Virus record (IMG/VR): IMGVR_UViG_3300046167_000825
Coordinates: 1 to 64,000 of that record
Length of the DNA: 64,000 bases
Strand: one strand, 5' to 3'
The notes beneath the pieces were generated by a model, which worked only from the letters and a program-made list of their open reading frames with translations, had not been told where the DNA came from and did not search any database. The position numbers were made by a program, and so were the translations under genes. Of this stretch, positions 1 to 9,597 are shown in pieces. Position 1 is the stretch's first letter. Every line of letters starts with the position of its first letter.

Positions 1-2291
1 CTCAATGGATCTCTCGTCATCAAACGAAAGCCGACCTTGATGCTGAGGCTCTTCAGTTGAAGACAGATATTTTCCGTGTCAATCGTTGCCCCGTGACACA
101 AGACCTTGTTGTTGGGGGTGATTGTGAGGTATCCACTCGTTCATTAAATATGCCTAACATGGGTAATACCTTTGTGTATTCTCCTCTTGGTTTGGATTAT
201 GGCTTCTGGCAAGACACGAAAGACCACGATTACAAAACCATCACCTTATATAACTCAGCCACAATGAACACTTACGATGTCGAACCCTTGAAAAATCCTA
301 CAAGGTACGACCTCCAACCGATTGCTCGTGAAAAGATTGTTGCCGTCAATCCTAGTTCTGCTCAGAGTAACACCCTAATGCAGATGAGTCCTAAGATAGC
401 CATTGAATCCATTGAGTATTTTGTGGATAGCACGGCTGCTCGTGTCGAAAAACATTATGTAATCACTTGTGCTGGAACAGTGGCGAGTGGGGATTTTTTC
501 CCCCCGAAAGACATGCTCTCTGTTGGAACACCAATAATCTTCCGAGATACGGGGGTTGCTAACTTGGATGGCAGAGTTGGTTATGTCGTTGGTTTTGAGG
601 ACATTCAGTTGTTTGACAATGCTGCTGCCTCTAGTTTATACAACAAGGTTCGTGTGAAAGTCTACACACCCCTTTTCAATATCGCCATAACAAACCCAAC
701 GCCATTGGCTAATGGCTATGTGGCTGTGACAGAAGGACTTCGACCATTGTCGGTCAATGGTATAGACCTTTCAAAACCCTTCAAACTACGATCTAGTTCT
801 GATTTGATGGCTGGTTCATTGGTCACAGAACATTTAACGAACTACGCAATAGTTGGGGCAAGTGAATACCAATGGACTCCTTCTTCTCAGTGGTGGGAAG
901 TTCAAGTTCCTTACGCTCATTTGGGTTGGGATGCCGATAGAGGTATCAATAGAAAAGCACAAGACACCACTACCCCGTCAATTCTTCGCTTTGATTTGAC
1001 AGAGGCATACACGCAAGCACAACAAAGTGGTTCTGGTATTGGTTCTAACATTGAAGAAAAACGCCCTACGGGTGTTCGTTTGAACCGTATCTGGGTGAAC
1101 TTCGGTGTGTGGGGTAACCCCTCTCAAATCGGCACAATCCCAAAATCTGATTGGACAGCAACACCAGCAGTTCGTTTCAAGTCGGGGGCTACTTCAGATT
1201 CGGTTCAATCCGTGACTTTCAACTTGAAGGTGGAGATACCATCTAAGGCAAAGTCTGGTGACCCTCGTTACGGAGGTGGTTTACTTCCCTTTGGTGGTCG
1301 TGCTCCAACTGTTTCGGGTCACCAAATAGCCCCTAATAAAGATGTTATTATAGCGACACCTCAGATTTTTGACATCCCTCTATATGTCAACAGAGAGGCT
1401 GGAGAGATATCCCCTAATGTCACGGATCGCTTCCGTTCAAAGGGTCTTGATAATACCTCAAAAGATTGGTTAGTGGGAGATTCCGAAAATGGTTTGGGTA
1501 TTGGGTCGACTGCCGACCCTAGTACTTTCTATGACATCACTACCGTCCCAGCGGGAACTGGGCTCACTATCCCCAATGCTTCTACGGTTGCTATTTGGGG
1601 TGGTCTGGACTCTTTCGCTTTCGGTGATGGTACTTCGGGCGATCCTATGAATAGCCTTGTTCAATGTTCTCTCTCCCCACGAGGATCTATGTTGGGTGTC
1701 AATCCTTTCGTAGGCTCACAAGGTGTATCTCCTAGTCTTAACTGGAGTGAGTTTGATGATGATGCCGCTAAAGAACTAGAGAGGTCTTTGCATAAGAACT
1801 CTCTCACGGGAATTACTATCGCACACATTGCCTCTTACACAGCACCTCCCGCTTTGGCGAGTTCGGACACAACAAACATTTGTCCTCACTCTTTCACAAT
1901 TGCTCTCACTCCAATAGGGGATGAGTTTGAAGTGGATAAGACTCTTGACTACGGTGCGGGACAGTTTTTGGATTCTAATACTGATGTTGGTAGTTTGGGG
2001 TACAACTTGAAGCCAGATAATAACAGAAGATTCAAAGTAGGGAACTGGTTGGATGCTATTGTGGCACGGTATGGCTTAGATATGTCGGGTTCAATGCTTC
2101 CAGAAGGTGCGAAAGTTTGGTTGGAAGTCACTGTCCCACAAGTCGTCCGAACTTACGGTACGGGAATAGATACTCCGACAGAGCGAACTGCAAATGGTAC
2201 ATGGGTTGGTCAAGTGCTTTGTTCCTTTGAAGTCGAAACTGGTGACGGAACGGCTATCACGAAAGATGTCAATCTGTTGTCTGACGAATAA
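1..2291 (+). CDS. C-terminal part of a large probable virion structural protein (5'-truncated by window)
   Basis: Frame is open from base 3 (QWISRHQTKADLDAEALQLKTDIF...), so the gene starts before the window; G/S/T/D-rich, beta-like composition. Confidence 0.6.
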   Translation, partial: QWISRHQTKADLDAEALQLKTDIFRVNRCPVTQDLVVGGDCEVSTRSLNMPNMGNTFVYSPLGLDYGFWQDTKDHDYKTITLYNSATMNTYDVEPLKNPTRYDLQPIAREKIVAVNPSSAQSNTLMQMSPKIAIESIEYFVDSTAARVEKHYVITCAGTVASGDFFPPKDMLSVGTPIIFRDTGVANLDGRVGYVVGFEDIQLFDNAAASSLYNKVRVKVYTPLFNIAITNPTPLANGYVAVTEGLRPLSVNGIDLSKPFKLRSSSDLMAGSLVTEHLTNYAIVGASEYQWTPSSQWWEVQVPYAHLGWDADRGINRKAQDTTTPSILRFDLTEAYTQAQQSGSGIGSNIEEKRPTGVRLNRIWVNFGVWGNPSQIGTIPKSDWTATPAVRFKSGATSDSVQSVTFNLKVEIPSKAKSGDPRYGGGLLPFGGRAPTVSGHQIAPNKDVIIATPQIFDIPLYVNREAGEISPNVTDRFRSKGLDNTSKDWLVGDSENGLGIGSTADPSTFYDITTVPAGTGLTIPNASTVAIWGGLDSFAFGDGTSGDPMNSLVQCSLSPRGSMLGVNPFVGSQGVSPSLNWSEFDDDAAKELERSLHKNSLTGITIAHIASYTAPPALASSDTTNICPHSFTIALTPIGDEFEVDKTLDYGAGQFLDSNTDVGSLGYNLKPDNNRRFKVGNWLDAIVARYGLDMSGSMLPEGAKVWLEVTVPQVVRTYGTGIDTPTERTANGTWVGQVLCSFEVETGDGTAITKDVNLLSDE

Positions 2292-2301
2292 TCATTTTAT
2301 A
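2288..2301 (+). promoter_or_regulatory. Putative late promoter motif ATAA-N6-TATA
   Basis: ATAAtcatttTATA, 23 bp before a gene with AGGAGGAG RBS; same spacing at eight other sites. Confidence 0.6.
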
Positions 2302-2324
2302 AAGAAAGAATACAAAAAGGAGGA

Positions 2325-3143
2325 GTGATGAATAATCTTATTAAACGAGTGGCAGACCGTCACGAGAAGACGGCTAGAATACCAGAGATAGAGGGGAAAT
2401 GGAAAAGGGTTTCCCCCCTCATTGGAACTTGGTTTGAGAACTTGATAACCAAATTGGGTTCTCTTCAAGATAGCATGGCTTATGCCGAGAAGATTGCCGA
2501 CAAAGAGTTCAAGAGAATAGAGAATCTCGTGAAGCGAAAGTATGGGAAAACCGATAATTGGGAAGATGACGAGTACGAAGATCCTTTAGTTCAAGCCTAT
2601 TATTGGATAGACGATTTCTGGGGTCAAGTGAGATCGGGGAGATATGCAGAACTCAACAAGTTTCAACGAAAAATCGAAGAAGCGAAGACAGCCCTTGAAG
2701 AGACAATCTATGATGTCAATAGTTGGGGTTCGCACGCTACTCGACTAGCAAGTGAGACGAAAGAGGCAGCAATTTACCGAGATAACGCATTAAAGAATCT
2801 TGTGTCTTTTCTTGTGAAAGCATACACAAGAAACAAACCCTCTCGACCCGAATATCAACAGATAGGCAACTCGGAAGGGTACGGACTCACCATCGGAAGA
2901 GATGCAGATAAAGAGGCGAAGCGTATCGCTAATGTTTTCTTGAAAGTTCTTAAACGGATAGGCGACAAGGATTTCTTCCAAGACAAGACCTATTCGGATG
3001 ATTACGAAACCTCTATTATCTTCACAAAGAAACCCAATGAGAATGGTCAAGGCATGAAAGTTCAGATCATTCTTGACAATAGAAAAAATGACATGGGTGA
3101 GTTTCTCAAAGACCGCTTCCAAGTTTATATCTGGGAAGAGTAA
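2325..3143 (+). CDS. Hypothetical late protein with N-terminal RVADRH...KTA tag (possible internal head protein)
   Basis: Strong RBS; N-terminus MMNNLIKRVADRHEKTA matches a motif in other late ORFs. Confidence 0.75.
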   Translation: MMNNLIKRVADRHEKTARIPEIEGKWKRVSPLIGTWFENLITKLGSLQDSMAYAEKIADKEFKRIENLVKRKYGKTDNWEDDEYEDPLVQAYYWIDDFWGQVRSGRYAELNKFQRKIEEAKTALEETIYDVNSWGSHATRLASETKEAAIYRDNALKNLVSFLVKAYTRNKPSRPEYQQIGNSEGYGLTIGRDADKEAKRIANVFLKVLKRIGDKDFFQDKTYSDDYETSIIFTKKPNENGQGMKVQIILDNRKNDMGEFLKDRFQVYIWEE

Positions 3144-3149
3144 TCTCTG

Positions 3150-3190
3150 AAAAATCTTCCTTTCCAGTTCTGGGAAGGAAGATTTTTTTT
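3150..3190 (+). terminator. Intrinsic terminator
   Basis: AAAATCTTCCTTTCCAG-TT-CTGGGAAGGAAGATTTT followed by T tract. Confidence 0.8.
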
Positions 3191-3374
3191 GGCTTGGATG
3201 TGTAGTTACAACCCTTTAGTTCGTTATCCTAGTTCGCTAGGATTTTTTTGTGCTTAAAAACCCTAGAAAAATCAAGGGGTTATCCTAGTTCGGTTTTCAA
3301 AGAAACCCCTTTTGGGGTTGTATGCCTTTTGAGTTTTCGTATACTTCCCACACAATACATAGGAGGTATTACTT

Positions 3375-4118
3375 ATGACTACAAATCAATCAGAGCCAAT
3401 CGTTACGGATAAGGGTATTGCTTGGACTAGCAAGACTTGGAATCCGATGACGGGTTGTTCCAAGATATCCCCAGCATGCAAGAACTGTTATGCTAAAACC
3501 CTTGCAGATCGAATGAAACTTCATCCGAACGCTAAAGTGGCAGATAGATACCGTCACGGCTTCACTCCAACTCTCCAAGCCGATAAACTCGGTGAGCCAT
3601 ACAAGTGGCGTGGTTCTCACTGGGTGTTCGTAAACTCAATGAGTGATATCTTCCATGAGGACTTTTCTTTGGCTTATATCCAAGCCGTATTCGATGTCAT
3701 GAACCGTACTCCCCAACACAACTACCAAGTCCTCACAAAGAGGTCAGAGCGTATGCTGGAACTGTCAAAGCATCTCACTTGGTCAGACAATATTTGGATG
3801 GGTGTTTCTGTTGAAGATCAGAAGCGACAGTATCGTATCGAACATCTTCGTCAGATGCCCACAGAGAACCGTTTCTTGTCTATTGAGCCTCTCCTAGAGC
3901 CTTTACCCTTCCTAGACCTCACGGGCATTGGCTGGGTTATTGTAGGGGGCGAGAGTGGCAAAGGACATAGACCTATCAAAGAGAGTTGGGTGACACCTAT
4001 CCGTGATTACTGTTTGCGTGAGAGTATTCCGTTCTTTTTCAAGCAGTGGGGTGGAGCGAGATCAAAATCTAATGGTAAGGAACTTCAAGGGCAACAATGG
4101 TGCGAGATGCCAGCCTAG
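3375..4118 (+). CDS. Phage Gp37/Gp68 family (DUF5131) radical-SAM-like protein
   Basis: IAWTSKTWNPMTGCSKISPACKNCYA, FVNSMSDIFHE, QVLTKR, FLSIEPLL, WVIVGGESG and PFFFKQWGG are hallmark motifs of the family. Confidence 0.92.
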   Translation: MTTNQSEPIVTDKGIAWTSKTWNPMTGCSKISPACKNCYAKTLADRMKLHPNAKVADRYRHGFTPTLQADKLGEPYKWRGSHWVFVNSMSDIFHEDFSLAYIQAVFDVMNRTPQHNYQVLTKRSERMLELSKHLTWSDNIWMGVSVEDQKRQYRIEHLRQMPTENRFLSIEPLLEPLPFLDLTGIGWVIVGGESGKGHRPIKESWVTPIRDYCLRESIPFFFKQWGGARSKSNGKELQGQQWCEMPA

Positions 4119-4141
4119 TCTGTTTTTTAAGCATGATCTTG

Positions 4142-4186
4142 CCTAGAGTTTTTCGGTGTTTACTCGAAAAACTCTAGGTTTTCTTT
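4142..4186 (+). terminator. Intrinsic terminator
   Basis: CCTAGAGTTTTTCG / CGAAAAACTCTAGG 14-bp stem followed by TTTTCTTT. Confidence 0.75.
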
Positions 4187-4219
4187 CTATTCTCTTCCTT
4201 AATAATTAGGAGGTGTGGG

Positions 4220-4342
4220 ATGAATTGGGAAGAAATACTTGAGAAGAGTTCAGAAATGAGTGAGGAGCAGTTGCGTAAGTTGGCGAAGATGAATCCAAAC
4301 TGGCGTGAGGAGATCCTCGCTTTGATTGATAAAAAAACCTAA
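4220..4342 (+). CDS. 40-aa mini-ORF not in the ORF track (MNWEEILEKSSEMSEEQLRKLAKMNPNWREEILALIDKKT)
   Basis: AGGAGGTG RBS just upstream; fills the intergenic gap. Confidence 0.65.
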   Translation: MNWEEILEKSSEMSEEQLRKLAKMNPNWREEILALIDKKT

Positions 4343-4396
4343 TTGGGGTCGCTTCTTTGATATCTTTCCGTATAGGGGACACACAAGGAGCAACCA

Positions 4397-4672
4397 ATGA
4401 TTGAAGTTTATATCTATCCCGTCACGGGAAAACCTTACATGAAACAAATCTCTGACAGTCTTGAAGGGCTACAACAAGTCGTGGGGGGTTATATTGAAGT
4501 GGCGAGACATCCCGCCACCGAAGTCGTGTCTTTCGCTTTCAATGACAAGAACCCCCCGAGAGTCTTACTCATCGTCAATGAGAATGGCTTGTTGGAAAAA
4601 CTCCCCCCTAACGAGAATATCGGTGGCATTGTGGGTCAGTGTTTCTTTATTCGTGACACCGATTTCAAGTAG
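4397..4672 (+). CDS. DUF3846-like protein
   Basis: SLEGLQQVVGGYIE...LIVNENG...LPPN...IVG pattern; AAGGAG RBS. Confidence 0.75.
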   Translation: MIEVYIYPVTGKPYMKQISDSLEGLQQVVGGYIEVARHPATEVVSFAFNDKNPPRVLLIVNENGLLEKLPPNENIGGIVGQCFFIRDTDFK

Positions 4673-4685
4673 ACATCTCGCCTCA

Positions 4686-4699
4686 ATAACTCGGCTATA
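4686..4699 (+). promoter_or_regulatory. Putative late promoter motif ATAA-N6-TATA
   Basis: ATAActcggcTATA at the head of the 4735-9526 operon. Confidence 0.55.
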
Positions 4700-4734
4700 C
4701 AAAACCCTTTCATATACAATGAGAGGGTTTTTTT

Positions 4735-6132
4735 ATGAGTGGACACAACTGGACATCAGCCAATGAGTACCCACATTCTCCCGTCAATGCCACAGTAATG
4801 ACTGGTTTTGAAGTGGGGATTGTGGATCTACGGTGGGATGACCCCTCCATTCTTCAAACAGCCCCCACTGCTTATGGTGGGAAGACCAATGCTGGTTGGG
4901 ATATCGTTGGGTGTAATGTCTATCGGAGTGACGATGGTGATAGAGGCCCTTTCAAGAGATTGAATCAGCACCCCGTTTCCTCTTTGTTCTGGCGTGATTT
5001 CACGGAGAATATCTGGATCGAGCAAGAGAAGGTCGATTTGTCTGATTGGGTTTCGAGAGGTTATGGTGAACTGGGTGCGTGGCAGTTCAAACTAAAGAAT
5101 CCTCCCATTGTTAAGAAGGGTGGTCAGAAGATTCTTGCAAATGCTCCCAATGATGTGGTTCTTCGGATTAACGGTCAGATTGTTCCTATCCATAGTGTGG
5201 ATGGTGCAAGTGGTCTCGTGACATTGATAGACCAAAAAACTTATGATATCGCTAGAGAGAAACATATTGATCCCATACTCCCTAGCGAAACAGACTCCGT
5301 AGAGATTTCTTATTGGAGGAATGTCAATGTGGTTCGTCACAACTTAGATTACAAACATAAGGTGTGGTATCGAATAACAACAGTCGCCAAGAGTGAGGAC
5401 ACCCCTTCTGGTTTGGTTGAAACTCCCTTGAGTTTTTGTGAGCCAGTGTCTATGGTTCAGAAAGAGCCTTTGGACTACATTTGGAAAGAAGCCCTCAGAC
5501 GAAATAACTGGATACTAGAGCAAGGTGGGGAACGAGTGAAACTGTTCGTGAGGAAACGGTCGGGTATCACTTGTCATTGTGATTATGATGAAACCCTCAT
5601 GGAAATGTCCAAACAACCCTCCAATAGGTGTGAGCGTTGCTTCGGCACGGGCTTTGTGGGTGGTTACGAAGGCCCCTACGAGGTCATTGTGTGTCCAGAC
5701 GATGGTGAAGTGAATATTGTTCAGACAGATAGGGGTCGAAATAAAGAACACACTTACGAGTGTTGGATAGGCCCCACACCGAGTGTTTCTCAGAAGGATT
5801 TCATCTTGAAACAAGACGGAGATAGATACTCCATTGGGGCAGTTCGCAGACCTTCAAACAGAGGGAATCTATTGAATCAGTTCTTCACTATCGGATACCT
5901 TGATGAGGCAGATATTCGATACCGAGTTCCGATTACGGGTATCAGTGAGAATACTTTCCCCGAAACTAGATACCCCACCGAACTACAATATGAGGAACAC
6001 AATAAAGAAGTCCCTTATCCAGTTGGTGCAGACAATCCTCAGTCGAATCCTCAGATCACCCAAAAAGAAAACATTCCAGATGAGCGAGAGAAAAGAGGTC
6101 GCACGCCCGTTTGGGAAAACCAGAATTATTGA
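4735..6132 (+). CDS. Probable neck/head-completion structural protein with Zn-binding Cys cluster
   Basis: FN3-like N-terminus; a domain shared with the sheath repeats; CHC...CERCFGTGFVGGY; position at the start of a structural operon. Confidence 0.5.
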   Translation: MSGHNWTSANEYPHSPVNATVMTGFEVGIVDLRWDDPSILQTAPTAYGGKTNAGWDIVGCNVYRSDDGDRGPFKRLNQHPVSSLFWRDFTENIWIEQEKVDLSDWVSRGYGELGAWQFKLKNPPIVKKGGQKILANAPNDVVLRINGQIVPIHSVDGASGLVTLIDQKTYDIAREKHIDPILPSETDSVEISYWRNVNVVRHNLDYKHKVWYRITTVAKSEDTPSGLVETPLSFCEPVSMVQKEPLDYIWKEALRRNNWILEQGGERVKLFVRKRSGITCHCDYDETLMEMSKQPSNRCERCFGTGFVGGYEGPYEVIVCPDDGEVNIVQTDRGRNKEHTYECWIGPTPSVSQKDFILKQDGDRYSIGAVRRPSNRGNLLNQFFTIGYLDEADIRYRVPITGISENTFPETRYPTELQYEEHNKEVPYPVGADNPQSNPQITQKENIPDEREKRGRTPVWENQNY

Positions 6133-6134
6133 TT

Positions 6135-6569
6135 ATGCCAAGTGTTTTAATTGAAATACCCTTTAAGGAATATGCCGAACTGTTTTCATTGAAGTCTGAC
6201 GATTTCATGAAGGTTTACGCAGAGGTTAAACGAGATTTGTTGTTTGAAACTCGAAGAGAGTTCGACAATTATCGGGTTCGTGCTGGCGTGACACACAAGG
6301 GCTTCATCAAAACCATTTATATATCAGATCAGATGCACACGCTCCGAGTCATGATTCCCGATGACATCCCCTCCCCCTCAAACAAGAAGATTATAACGCT
6401 AACCAAGTTCGGTTCGCCTATGGTAGTCACAATGCCTCTCACAACAGACAAAATGTGGATATCCAATGGTATCACGAAGAACACTTTCTTAACTCGCATA
6501 GAAACAAAATACACGGCTATTTTAATCGGGGAACTCTATAGGGAGAAAGTTCGGAGGACATTCCTATGA
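6135..6569 (+). CDS. Hypothetical protein (possible neck component)
   Basis: ATG 2 bp after upstream stop; 4-bp overlap with next gene. Confidence 0.6.
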   Translation: MPSVLIEIPFKEYAELFSLKSDDFMKVYAEVKRDLLFETRREFDNYRVRAGVTHKGFIKTIYISDQMHTLRVMIPDDIPSPSNKKIITLTKFGSPMVVTMPLTTDKMWISNGITKNTFLTRIETKYTAILIGELYREKVRRTFL

Positions 6570-7201
6570 GAATCGCTAGAGTAAAATGTTTGAGAGGTCG
6601 TCTTTCAATTCCTTCGTTGGGTATCACCCTTTTGAAAGGGCAAGAGCATGAGTTCACCTCAACTCAGTTCGCTCAAAGTGTAGAGTTACAGAAGGCATCT
6701 CAAGTCAATCAAATCACCGTACAATGGAGAACATCAATGTCTAAGAAACAAGTTCGCCCCCGACATGTGTCGGCATCTAGGGGAGTCAAAGCGAATCCTC
6801 AAAAAAGAGCCACCCCACCAGCAACCTCAAACGAGGCATTGAAGCAAACAATCCAACGAGAAGTCGCCCAGATGAAGAATGAACTGGTAGGGGAAATAGC
6901 CAAGATGCTAGGGGGGATGACGGGTGGTGTTAATGCCGAACAGATGGCTACCATGATAAACCAAGCCGTTGCCTCCAACATGCCCTCAACCATTACCACT
7001 TCGGGGAAACCCCAAGAATCTTCGGAATCTTCCATGATTGATGATTCCGAACCGTTATACATCCCCTCTGGTTTAACAAACACGGGTAATATACAAGGTG
7101 GTTCTGTGTCTGTGTCTTCTGTTAGTTCGGAGGATACCTCTTTAGAGGATGCTGCTTCAGCACTCCGTGCCATGAAGAAAAACCGAAGAAAAAACAAATA
7201 A
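6566..7201 (+). CDS. Hypothetical protein upstream of actin; S/T-rich linker and basic C-terminal helix
   Basis: GGAGG RBS, coupled to neighbours; ends SLEDAASALRAMKKNRRKNK. Confidence 0.7.
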   Translation: MRIARVKCLRGRLSIPSLGITLLKGQEHEFTSTQFAQSVELQKASQVNQITVQWRTSMSKKQVRPRHVSASRGVKANPQKRATPPATSNEALKQTIQREVAQMKNELVGEIAKMLGGMTGGVNAEQMATMINQAVASNMPSTITTSGKPQESSESSMIDDSEPLYIPSGLTNTGNIQGGSVSVSSVSSEDTSLEDAASALRAMKKNRRKNK

Positions 7202-7216
7202 TAAGGAGAACTAATT

Positions 7217-8221
7217 ATGTCGAAAAAACAACTAGGTGTCGGTCTTGATATCGGAACAATGAACATTGTGTCTGCCCGTCAAGGCGATAGTAAAAAAACC
7301 CTCATCTCTCGTATCCGAGATGCCTTCCTTGACCTCGATCTCTCAGCAAAGAAGATGTTGAAACTCTCTGGTGTGGATTTCATCGAACGAGAAGATGAGA
7401 TTCTTATTATTGGAGATGCCGCTCTCGAAACAGCCAATGTCTTTGGTCAAGAAGCAAGACGACCTTTATCACAAGGTTTGATCAGTGCTGGTGAGATTGA
7501 TGCCATTGAAGTACTTGGTATTCTCATCAAGCATGTGTTGGGCGAACCAGCAGAAGAAAATGAGGTTTGCTATTTCAGTATTCCCGCTGCCCCCGTTGAT
7601 GACCTTAGCCGTGATGTTATCTACCACGAGGGAGTCTTTGAGAGAATCGTTTCTGAGTGTGGTTACGAGGCTGTGGCTAGTAATGAGGCGATGGCTATTA
7701 TCTTCTCCGAATGTGCCAAAGAAGGTTTCAGTGGATTGAGTATTTCTTTTGGTGCTGGTATGTGTAACATTGCCCTTGCTGTTAACACCATCGAAGGTCT
7801 TTGCTTTTCGGTGGCACGGGGTGGTGATTGGATTGACGCTGGGTCAGCCAGAGCAACTGGTTCGACACGCTCGAAGATTGTGACCGTGAAGGAAAGTGGG
7901 ATTGATCTTCTTAATCCCAAGACTCGTGAGGAAGAAGCCCTTGCTGTCTATTACAAATCCCTCATTGAGTACTGCTTGAAGAATGTAGCAAACGAGTTCA
8001 AGAAGATTAAAGGGCGTTTCAGTTTGCCAAAGCCCATCCCTTTGGTGATTAGTGGGGGAACTAGCAAGGCTGGTGGTTTCGTGGAGTTCTTCCAACAAGT
8101 CTTTGAGAAGCAACGCAAACGCTTCCCTATCGAAGTGTCCGAAATCCGTCACGCCAAAGACCCTCTCAATGCCGTTGCTCTAGGTCTTTGTATCCAAGCC
8201 CAAACTGAATACGATGAATAA
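7217..8221 (+). CDS. Actin-like ATPase (MreB/MamK/ParM/FtsA superfamily)
   Basis: Phosphate-1 VGLDIGTMNI, connect-1 SNEAMA, phosphate-2 SISFGAGMCN, adenosine VISGGTS, connect-2 DPLNAVALG; 334 aa. Confidence 0.9.
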   Translation: MSKKQLGVGLDIGTMNIVSARQGDSKKTLISRIRDAFLDLDLSAKKMLKLSGVDFIEREDEILIIGDAALETANVFGQEARRPLSQGLISAGEIDAIEVLGILIKHVLGEPAEENEVCYFSIPAAPVDDLSRDVIYHEGVFERIVSECGYEAVASNEAMAIIFSECAKEGFSGLSISFGAGMCNIALAVNTIEGLCFSVARGGDWIDAGSARATGSTRSKIVTVKESGIDLLNPKTREEEALAVYYKSLIEYCLKNVANEFKKIKGRFSLPKPIPLVISGGTSKAGGFVEFFQQVFEKQRKRFPIEVSEIRHAKDPLNAVALGLCIQAQTEYDE

Positions 8222-8222
8222 A

Positions 8223-8339
8223 ATGACGGATGAACAAATAAAAAAAATAGATGCCCGAGTCAAAAAAGGCGAGGCAACCGAAGAAGACATTGAGATTCTT
8301 ACGGATTACTTCAAACTATTTATGGATGAACTAGGCTGA
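8223..8339 (+). CDS. 38-aa mini-ORF not in the ORF track (MTDEQIKKIDARVKKGEATEEDIEILTDYFKLFMDELG)
   Basis: Starts 1 bp after the actin stop; TGATG overlap with the next gene. Confidence 0.65.
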   Translation: MTDEQIKKIDARVKKGEATEEDIEILTDYFKLFMDELG

Positions 8340-9526
8340 TGTATTACCAACTGACCAGTGCCATCAAGAGAAGAATGATTCTCGAACTACGGAGATATTG
8401 GGCTTCACACCCCAAGTTTTCTGACCTTGTAGATAACATACAAGGGAAGTACTCTTTTAGAGAACGACCTCAACATGGGATTATCGTTAAGACGGGTTCA
8501 GCCACGAAGGTGAATCTGTCTGCCGATAACTTTCAAGGCACGGTTTGGGCACATTGCACCCTCACTTTGATTGATAACTATGCTGGGACAGCCATTGAAT
8601 GGGTGAGGGAAGACCCTTTCGCCATTAAGAAGCACGGCAAGTTCCCCTCAAAGGCTGGTGTCTATTATATCGAACTAACAGCAGACAATGAGTTCTATGT
8701 CGATCCTCTCCTTGATATTTATCGTGAGCGACTAGATCAGTTGTCCTCAACACAGTTCTCATTACAGAACACACCCCTTGACGGAACTTTAAGAATCTAC
8801 GAGATGCCTAGCAATCTCGTGATGTATGAAACAACGAACTACACCTTTGATAAAGCAACCAACATTGTCACTCTAACCAAACCCCTCCCAGAAGGTTTGT
8901 CTCTGTCTGCTGATTATCGTTACCCCCTTGAATCGAGAGGCCCCTTCCCGATTAAGGCGAACTATTCCAATCGAACTGCCATTGAAGGGGTCATCATTGC
9001 TTTTGGGAGAAGATGCACGAAGGGTGACCGAATGGCGATAATGATTTCCCCTTACCGTGAACCCGTTGCTTTGGAATACGGTGGTCGATGGGAACTGTCA
9101 TTGGACTTCGATATTATCGCTAGAGATGTTTTCGCTCAACAAGAGATATCGGATTCGACTGTCATGTATCTGTGGGCTGTCTCAAGGTCATACCTCGTTA
9201 ATGAAGGTATCAATGTCACGGATGTTTCTCTCGGAGGGGAAAGCGAGGAGGCATACGACCAAACGGGTGACGACTACTATTATATGTCGAACTTCAGTAT
9301 GACAGTCGAAACCGATTGGGCAGTCTATGTTCCCCTCACAGCAAGAATCCGTAGGGTTCTTCCAGAAGACCTCTCTGAAAATCGGAAATCGGCTGGGATG
9401 ACAGACGAAGAATTAGCCACTGAAACCCTAGAAACTCGTTTGAAAGTCGTGGAAGAACTTGGTCTCCGAGAACTGTCTGATCCCTACTTCAAAGGGAAGG
9501 GTGTCAACTTTGAAACCATCAAATAA
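8339..9526 (+). CDS. Probable tail terminator/completion protein with inserted beta domain
   Basis: Operon context; beta-strand C-terminus (WELSLDFDIIARD...NFSMTVETDW) resembles tail-completion folds. Confidence 0.45.
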   Translation: MYYQLTSAIKRRMILELRRYWASHPKFSDLVDNIQGKYSFRERPQHGIIVKTGSATKVNLSADNFQGTVWAHCTLTLIDNYAGTAIEWVREDPFAIKKHGKFPSKAGVYYIELTADNEFYVDPLLDIYRERLDQLSSTQFSLQNTPLDGTLRIYEMPSNLVMYETTNYTFDKATNIVTLTKPLPEGLSLSADYRYPLESRGPFPIKANYSNRTAIEGVIIAFGRRCTKGDRMAIMISPYREPVALEYGGRWELSLDFDIIARDVFAQQEISDSTVMYLWAVSRSYLVNEGINVTDVSLGGESEEAYDQTGDDYYYMSNFSMTVETDWAVYVPLTARIRRVLPEDLSENRKSAGMTDEELATETLETRLKVVEELGLRELSDPYFKGKGVNFETIK

Positions 9527-9532
9527 ACGGTT

Positions 9533-9580
9533 GCGGTTGTAGTTTTAAGAGAGATCCGTATAGGTGTTGCAATCAACATT
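9533..9580 (+). promoter_or_regulatory. Repeated early-type promoter cassette, copy 1
   Basis: GCGGTTGTAGTTTTAAGAGAGATCCGTATA...CAATCAACATT; 26/30 identical to copies 2 and 3. Confidence 0.75.
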
Positions 9581-9597
9581 TATATTCGGAGGCTATT

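Noticed and set aside
3530-3555. KVADRY in the DUF5131 protein as another cargo tag
   Set aside because: Lies inside a conserved enzyme domain, with no late motif upstream; probably chance
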